Program-made: the position numbers and the translations under genes
Shown here: piece after piece, positions 55,945-64,000 of the stretch
How the letters are laid out: every line of letters starts with the position of its first letter
Numbering within the stretch: the stretch's first letter is position 1
Assembly (NCBI GenBank): GCA_002269645.1
Contig: NIVC01003340.1
Span: 39,287-103,286, forward strand
From: Macrostomum lignano
Lineage: Eukaryota
Length of the DNA: 64,000 nt
Direction of reading: 5' to 3'
Notes under the pieces: generated by a model
Told to the model about the DNA's origin: nothing
The model's input: only the letters and a program-made list of their open reading frames with translations
The model's database searches: none

Positions 55945-58900
55945 ATGTCTACATCAATTGCTGTCTTTGTTGCCTGGATAGCTCTAGTCTTTGTTGGTCT
56001 CGAAAGTGTGTCGGCCCAGTTCGTATTGAGCTTTGCATCCTCCGCTCGGACTGTGGTGAACGAGAGCGCCAGATTCAGCATCAGCCTGAAGCCGAACGGC
56101 ACCCCCATAGACGATGTGTACGCGGTGGTTCAGGTGAGTTGAACGCTTTCATCTTGCATTCATGCACGACTGCTTGTAACTTTCAGACTGTAGTTTCTTT
56201 GGATTACTTTCATGGATCGGGCTGGCTTCCGTAATAAACATAGAAGCACTAATGATCACGTCAGCTCATCCAAGGAACACCCAACAGCGCCTTTCCAACT
56301 ATCAAAAGCATTTAACTTTGCTTCATTTAGAAATTTCTTATTATCAATCAGCTGGGTTGCTGGACACCAGATTTTGCTATGGACGAAGGTTTAAAATGGA
56401 GTTCTTACGGAGTGAATGGAGTAGAGTGAATGAAATGGTTGTCTCGGCCACCCCAATCATGCCTCACTCACCCCAATCAGTCCTCACCCACACCAATCAA
56501 ACTTCAACCACCCTAATCAGGCCTCATCCATCTCAAGCAGGCCTCATCCACCCCAATCAGGCCTCACTCACCCCAATCGGACCTCACTCACCCTATCAGA
56601 CCTCACTCACCCCAATCATGCCTCACTCGCCCTATCGACCTCACTCACCCCAATCAGGCCTCACCACCCCAATCAGGCCTCACTCACTCCAATTAGGCCT
56701 CACGCAACCCAATCAGGCCTCACCACCCTAATCAGGCGTCATCTAATCATCCTATGTTTCTCCTCAACGGACTGACAGATCACGGACCCAGCTGCCTCTA
56801 GCGACTTCTTTGGCACCTCCTACCCCGTCGTGTTCTACGCCGGCGTGACACCAGGCGTACAGACGGTCACCTTCACCACCGTTGATGACGACCTGCCGGA
56901 AGACGACGAGACCTACACCATCTCGTTGACAGTGCGCGGCACGGCCACGCTGGTGGCACCGACGACGGTGAACGTCACCATCTTGGCCAATGACGATGCG
57001 TACGGCATTTTCTCATTTAAAGCGGTGAGTGATTGATAGCAGTCGAATAAACTTCGGACAGTTATCAAGCTCCACGAAATCGTTGCGAACCTCACTGAGA
57101 AAGGGTGGGCACGAACTCAAGGTGACATGAAGTTCGGATCTGGCTCTCGAATTAAGATGTCATTCAATGTTATCACCCTATCCCGGCCACTATTCCTAAC
57201 TTAAGGATGATTGTGCGTGTACTCAAATTGAACGTGACTGATATTGAACCTTTTGACAAACACCTACAGCCTCGACAGTCCTGGGTTCGAGAGCCGGCCA
57301 CTGCCGTGCCAACCATGGTCAGTCTTGAAATTATTCGCGATCGCGGCCTGTTCAACAGCGTCCAGCTTGGCTTCCGAGTGGACGGCGGTGCCAATCCGGC
57401 CGCGACGCCGGGTCTGGACGTGGGGCCAGCCGAGGGGCAGCTGCTGTTCACTGCCGGAGTATTCAGCCTGATGCTGCAACTGCAGGCAGGAATTTTAACT
57501 CAATGATTTGCCGACAACAAAAGCAATGACAGTCATAAGCCGCGATTTTCACACACTATTTGCTTTTCAGATCATGCCAGACGTGATCCCGGAGAACAAT
57601 GAAACATTTACGGTGTCGCTGAGCATACTCGGCACCCGAGGAAGCCTGGCTCCTGGGGCGAGCACCTACTCGATCACCGTGCTCGCCAATGATGCTCCTG
57701 TTCGATTTGAGTTTGTAAGTTCTGTTCGTTCCTTGATTAATCGTCCTAAATAACAGAAGGAAACAAATTAGAACCAACCGATTTATTTGTTGCGGATGGT
57801 GAAATAAACCCTAGAGAATGAAGTAAAAATTCAGAAAAAATACAGTATGAGTAAATAATACGAATGCGTTTATCGTATCCTACAAACAACACAAATATAG
57901 GCCCAGTACAGCGTCAATGAAACAAACAGTGACACCGACTATCGCATCGGAATAATACGCGGCAGCTCAGCTTCCGGCGGCCTCATCGGCCCTGTGGACT
58001 TTCCGGCTAGCGTCGCGGTTCGAGTGAGCAACGTTGGCCTTGCCGGACTCTACAGCGACTACCGAGCCGTCAATCAGACGCTGCAGTTTGCGGCAGGCGA
58101 GACGCGTAAAGAGATCACCATCACCGTGTTGGCAGACGATATTCCTGAACCCGTGGAAGATTTTTCGTACGTACAGCATGATACTTTAAACCATAGGCTG
58201 CCTGCTCGTGTCTTGAGAACTCAGTCCACAAGATTTTGATCTCAGCCAGAGTGCAACAGCCACTGGTCCTATCAGGTCCCATATGGACCTATATGTCACT
58301 TTTTCTGTCGTAGTTGGAGAGTATCTATCAATAATTAGTTCTAAAGTGCTTAGTCAGCTACATGTACTACGATTTCGTCAGTGTGACGCATTAAGTAATT
58401 TATGGGACCTTAAATTTTTGCCAAGAACAGTGGATGGATGTTTTAGTAGTTTCTCTTTTAGTCCGACTGTAGAATAGTTCTTAGAAATACAACTAAGTTG
58501 CCTAACCAATAGTTAACATTCGCAAATTTCCAGTCTGACCCTGCAGGACCCCACGGGTGACATGGTGATCCAGGAGCCTCAAACAGCCAAGATTCTAATC
58601 AACGCAAATGACGATCCTAATGGCGTATTGGAGATGTTCACCAACATTCCCGGCCAGCCGGGATTCTATACAGTCGATGAGGACTCGACTAGCACATTCT
58701 CCGATTTCAAGGTGAGTGCATTGCTTGATGGTCTAATTCTCTATACAGATAATATTAATAATAATAATTGCAGCAGGGCTTTGGGCACTCTGACGAAATG
58801 CTTTCGGCCACATATTCGCACAACGCTCACTTAAGGTGTACAGTTTCTAATCGTCAGGCACGTACACTCTCCGTGCCTTGGGAGTTGGCCTCCATGCGTG

Positions 58901-61900
58901 TGAATACCCCTGGCTAATTTCCATGCACAAGCCCCAAATGAAAACGGCTGCGCACAGAATCGAACAAGGGGTCGTAGCGGAGAGTCAGACGCGTTACGGT
59001 TGAGTTCCTCTGCCCCTTAAGTCTAGTGGACTATTTATGTAGAACTTCAAACCTGTAAAGTACTACACAAGTTCTACTATGTTGAAGAACCACTTCTACC
59101 TGTCGGTTGGTGAGGTTGTAGCTGAGTGGTTAAGTCATAAATTGATTTTTATATCTTCGAAAGTGTTTGTCCTAAAGTCCAAAAATCGAGCGTTTGTCTT
59201 CAGGGCCTATCGTCGGATTGTTGAAACTCGCAACTAAGACATGAGCGCTATTCGGATTTCAGGTGGTGCGCAGCGGCGGCATCTACGGTCCCGTGTCCGT
59301 GGGTTGGATGCTCGTCAGAGTCAACAACACCGATCCGATCGTCAGCGACATCGGGCCAAGTGAGGGCACGGTGAAACTCGAGGATCGCGTAAAAGAGGCC
59401 AGCATCAGCTTGAAGATAATACAGGACACTTTGCCTGAGCCGGCAGAGGCATTTAGAATTTCTCTGGTTGCGTCAACTTTAACTGGTGGTGCTAAACTTG
59501 GCAGTATCACGACAGGAGTGCTGGTGGTGCAGGACTCCGACATGGCCTACGGCTTGGTGTCCTTCTCTACTCCAGATCAGCAGATTCTCAAGAGCGTAGG
59601 TTGTCTGAGTTGCCTCTCAAATTAGGACTTAGTGCTCGGTCTGAGACCAAATCTAATAGGCTAGAAAGTACAAACAAAATTATATGAAAAAGCAACCCCG
59701 CAGTAACCAACAAAACACGCAACAGCCACCCGAACAACCAACAGCCAACCCAACACGCAATAGCCACACCAACACGCAACACCTGAGATTCATGTACTAG
59801 TAGTTTATCAAACTCAGAATAATTTATTTTTCTGGGCGTAGCTTCTCAATTGTTTATGAGTACCAGCAAGTTTACTAAGCATTCAGCTACCAGTACGTTA
59901 AAAATCTAAGAACTATCACTTTTCTTCATCGTTGCAGAAGCAAACCCCGCGAACGCTGGAGTTTCGTATAATTCGCACCGGAGGCACTCTGGGAGCCATC
60001 CGAATCGCCATGGACGTTACCTATTCTGGCTCGACTAATGTCACCAGTAAGTTGAAACGGCCGCGGCTCAAAAAAATTCTAGGGTCGCTCGGATGCGGAA
60101 TGAAAATTTTGCACTTATTCATGCAATACGATGCAGATAGAATCGAAAACAACGATTCAAACAAAGATTTCAGAATTGTTTCTAGTCACTTTACTAAATT
60201 AGTTCAGAGGAAGATAAGAAAAGCTTTCGATTCAATATTACTTGCATGCAACACGAGTTGAAACCGCCGCCTTGCATTCCAGACATCTTCACGGCCAGCC
60301 TGCCCACAGTCGTACCCATGGGCATCGGCGAGGCGTCAGCACTCGTTCAGCTTCCGTTGACCGAGCGAGCCTTTCTACAAGTTGGCGAGACCTTCAATGC
60401 CCGCCTGTTGAACGCCAGCTACACCCAGCCGGTCAGCAGTCTTCCAGCTTACAACAGCCCGCGCCTTGGCGCTCGCCTAGAGACCAGCATCCTAGTGGCG
60501 CCAGGGGATGCCGATGGAGAAGTCGGCTTCGCCAGCATCGGGGTCATACTCGCCGACGAACCGAGCGACGGTGCGGCGAGCAGCTTTGTACCCATTAGAA
60601 TCGTTCGCGAAGGCATGAGCGGGGCAGCCGTGATCTACTGGAATGTCACCAGTGTTGGGCCTGGCGTGACCGACTCGGACACCGGGCCTCGGTCCGGACA
60701 AATCAACTTGGCAGCTGGTAAGGACTGCATTAAAACTAGAACGAGGGAACTTAGAAATGTCTTTTCTGCGAAAAAATCTACCATTTAGTCTCAAGAATTG
60801 CAACTTGTAAATTAAGTTATTAATGCTAGCGGATCAGCCCATTTGCCACCGTAAACTGCAAGTTTATCCGGATTTACCACCCTTAGTACGCACGTGTAAA
60901 AGCTTGCGTCACCCCTTGAGGCAGCCACTGGGGGGCAGGGCAGCTCAGCTGTAAACGCATCTGACTCTCGCGCTGCTGTAGAAAGACAATAGGAGTTGCG
61001 ACCCTTTCACCCCGTCTCAGAACTCTACAGGCTGTGCACAGGCCTCGTGGATGCGCCGCTCAATCGCATCGGCTGTGCCGTTGGCTAGATACATGATCAC
61101 TAAGTGAAAAAACTTATTGGACTTCTAGACGTCTTGTGGACCTTGAAAGTATAACTCACTATAAGAACTGACTGATAGACCTTCGAGAGGATAAATATTC
61201 TTTGTCAGAATTGGGCTAAAGGATTCTAATTAGCATTCGATAAACTTTACGACAGGTCAAACTTCCGCGGATCTAGTCTTCGAAATTAAACCAGACGATG
61301 TCCCGGAGCTGGACGAGGACCTCACAATTCAGCTTACTGACGTAGCACCGGCCGGAACACAACGACTAAAGACCAACTATTCTTCAATTGTACTGAAAAT
61401 TCGAGCCAACGATAATCCAGGGGGCGTATTCAGCTTTGCGAGTTTTATGAAGGAGCACTACTTAATGAAGGAGGAAGGCGACCCAATCAATGTAACGGTG
61501 GTTCGCACGGGTGGTGCCTTGATGACAGTCCTAGTGGATTATTCCGTGCAGCCGGGGGGAGACGCACAGTTTTACGGAGGAAACAATGTACTGCAGTTTC
61601 TTCCGGGGATTTATTCTCTCAGTGGTACTCTGCTTGCTAGGGGAGAGAACATTCCGGAGGTAAAGTATGATTGATACCATTTGTATAAGATGCCTTAAGA
61701 AAGCGCCAAGGCTCAGCTGAGACAAACAAAATTGCCTTCAATTGCAGCTGGATACAAACTATATTCTTAGCTTGAGTGGTCACAATGGCGTGCCAATATC
61801 TATTGGTTCAAGGTCACGAATCAACATCACAGTGCCCGCAAACGATGACCCATCCGGAGTCATCGAATTCCAAACATCCAGCCTGCTGGCTAACATCAAG

Positions 61901-64000
61901 GAGAGCAAAGGAAGCGACATTCAGATTGCCCGTCTGATCGTTGCGCGCAATCGCGGCGCTTTCGGCACCGTGACGGTCCAGTTCCGCGTCACACCTGGCA
62001 ACACCTCGGATTTGAGCCCGATCAGTGGAACTTTGGTCTTTGAAAATGGTCAATCGCAGGTTGCGCTTCCCATTCAAAGTCTTCCCGATGACGTAAGTTG
62101 TCGAAGTGAAATAGCTAGGTTATCTAAAAAACAGTTTTTTCAACGTAATTAATCGCATCTCTTAGATCCCAGAAGACCAAGAGCAGTTTACGGTGACTCT
62201 GTTCAACGTCACTGGCGGTGCAAGTCTTGGATCCCGCGCTCAAGCATTTGTGTACATTGATCAGAACGACAGTCCTGTATACTTTTCGGGTAAGACAAAA
62301 AGCAATAGTTTTAGGATACTTATTGAGTCTATGAAAATCTAAAGAAATTTTCCAACCGCAATTGCAGCACCCAGCACACTGCGCGTGAACGAGGGCCAAA
62401 GCGCTAGCTTCACTGTTGTACGCGAGGGCAGCCTCCTGGAGTCCGTCAGAATTAGTTACAGAACGATCGACGTCACTGCTTACGCAGGACTCAATGATTA
62501 TATTAGTGCCAGCGGGGTACTGGTCTTCAACAGCGGCCAGCGCGAGCAGCGACTCTCTGTGCAGACACTTGACGACAGAACACCGGAAGGTGACGAGATC
62601 CTACGCATTGAGCTGTACAATCCATTAGGTGACATTGTGCCTTACAACCAATACGTTGCAACAGTTGTTATCGCGGCAAATGATGGCGCATCTGGGAGCA
62701 TCTCGTTTGCCAGTACAGTCGTCAAGACAGCGAACGAGGGCTCGTCTGTTTCTTTCGAGTGCGTGAAGTTTTTTTTTGTTCTTATCCTGTCGTACTTTTG
62801 AGCGTACTGAGGGACTGAATGAGTTGCTCTATGGGATGCAATAGTTACTATTGTATGCTTTTAGTGGAAGCGATTCCGAGAAATATCTGACTTTGAAATG
62901 TTACATTGAAAGAACTAACCACTACCGATAAAAATCTTAACAATAATTTTTCCTAACTTGACTATCTGGCAATTTTCAGAGTGATTCGTGAGGGTGGCAT
63001 CTTTGGCGACGTCAACATTTACTGGATGATAGCCCTGAACGGCACCGAGGAGCCTGTTGCTGACGGAACCGACTTTGACTTTGGCAGCGGCGTGCTGACC
63101 TTGCCGAATGGCGCCGCCACCGTTCCTCTCGTCCTCATTCCTAGGCGAGACAATGTACCAGAGTTTGATGAAAATTTCTCTGTTACGATGGTCAACCTGA
63201 CTGGTAAAATCACCCATTATTTGTGGTAGAAAAGCAGCATAAACAGTGAATTAAAGCCTCAAATTACTTGCGTAACCTTCTCTAGGCGGAGCATCTCCAG
63301 AAAGCCAGTCTTCGGCAGCGGACCAACCAAAGCGTACATAGTTGTGCCGCAGAACGACGACCCCTACGGCGTGATGTCATTCGGCCAGTCGACCTACTCG
63401 GTGCCAGAAGACGCTTACCCTGGACAGAGGCGGAAACGAAACTCACCGTTTCTGTAGATCGCCTGCAAGGCCGATACAGCAAAGTTGAAGTGTCCTGGAC
63501 GATCCTGTCGCAGTCCGCATCGAGCCTACCAGCTGTAATGGACCTGCTGTTCCTCGGGCTGCAGAATTCAGTGTTGTAACAGCGGATGTGAGTAAACGAA
63601 TTCCTGGAACCGGCACACAGGTTTTGGAATTCTTTTAACGCTCCAGGTGCGTCACAATTGTATTGAATTACCATGATTAGTTAACTTGCCTTCATTTCTT
63701 AAGGCACAAAAGAGACCGATCTCATTCCATCTGATTTTATTTGGTTTCTAGGAAGCCTAGTGACCGTGCCGGCAATCTATCAGCCCAACGCAACAACCAC
63801 TATGAACTCAGCCAGTGGATTTGCATTCAGCACAGCTCTTCAGCTCAAGCAATCCATTGCCGACTCGTGCCTGCTGTCAAAGTTTTTTTCTAACAACGGC
63901 TCCGACTTGTACGGCGTTTACATCAGCGCGAATGCAACAAGTGTTGGCGTCACTTTTCGATACTGTCCTCTTTTCGTAAGAACTTCTGCTACCTACTAAA
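55945..64000 (+). CDS. ADGRV1: Adhesion GPCR V1 (VLGR1/GPR98) ortholog, 5' part: signal peptide, Calx-beta array, start of the pentraxin/LamG domain
   Basis: Exons 55945-56133, 56779-57024, 57270-57485, 57571-57714, 57901-58166, 58534-58711, 59263-59595, 59938-60046, 60283-60717, 61256-61659, 61748-62092, 62166-62289, 62368-62758, 62980-63203, 63286-63646 (four apparent indels) and 63752-edge. Repeated Calx-beta motifs (DDDLPEDDETY, TILANDDAYGIFSF, ANDDPSGVIEF). The last exon FAFS...LLSK...NGSDLYGVYISANATSV resembles the ADGRV1 PTX domain. Confidence 0.9.
56450..56740. repeat. Imperfect ~20-bp repeat in ADGRV1 intron 1
   Basis: CCTCACTCACCCCAATCAGG-type units. Confidence 0.85.
58930..59006 (-). 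mobile_element. tRNA-derived SINE relic
   Basis: Minus strand reads GCGTCTGACTCTCCGCTA...GTTCGATTC..., with tail ATTTGGGGC. Confidence 0.5.
60941..61005 (+). mobile_element. tRNA-derived SINE relic
   Basis: CAGCTCAGCTGTAAACGCATCTGACTCTCGCGCT...GTTGCGACCC. Confidence 0.45.

Overview
This is a eukaryotic (animal) genomic window with spliced genes and many intronic mini/microsatellites. Gene style and repeat content suggest a flatworm such as Macrostomum, but that is inference only. Positions 1-11953 and 14021-25974 are a near-perfect inverted duplication around a 2.07-kb spacer that includes a 302-N gap. Its error pattern makes mis-scaffolding more likely than a true palindrome. Genes: (1) a complete ~1830-aa laminin beta chain (20222-32944,+) with a truncated mirror copy; (2) a divergently transcribed bHLH-ZIP factor with an atypical basic region, present in two copies with complementary frameshifts; (3) an orphan Ig + mucin-stalk single-pass receptor; (4) a THAP-domain gene, probably nested antisense in intron 1 of (5) a FaNaC-like DEG/ENaC channel; (6) the 5' part of ADGRV1/VLGR1. 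The most interesting mobile-DNA region is 43398-47160. It holds a Penelope-like retroelement with a catalytically degenerate SGNH-esterase ORF, separated from the RT + GIY-YIG frame by a single in-frame TGA. It also holds two different minimal hammerhead ribozymes, and each module abuts a (GA)n microsatellite. Several single-base indels in conserved coding regions, mostly in homopolymer runs, look like long-read consensus errors. All analysis was done by eye; no database searches were run.
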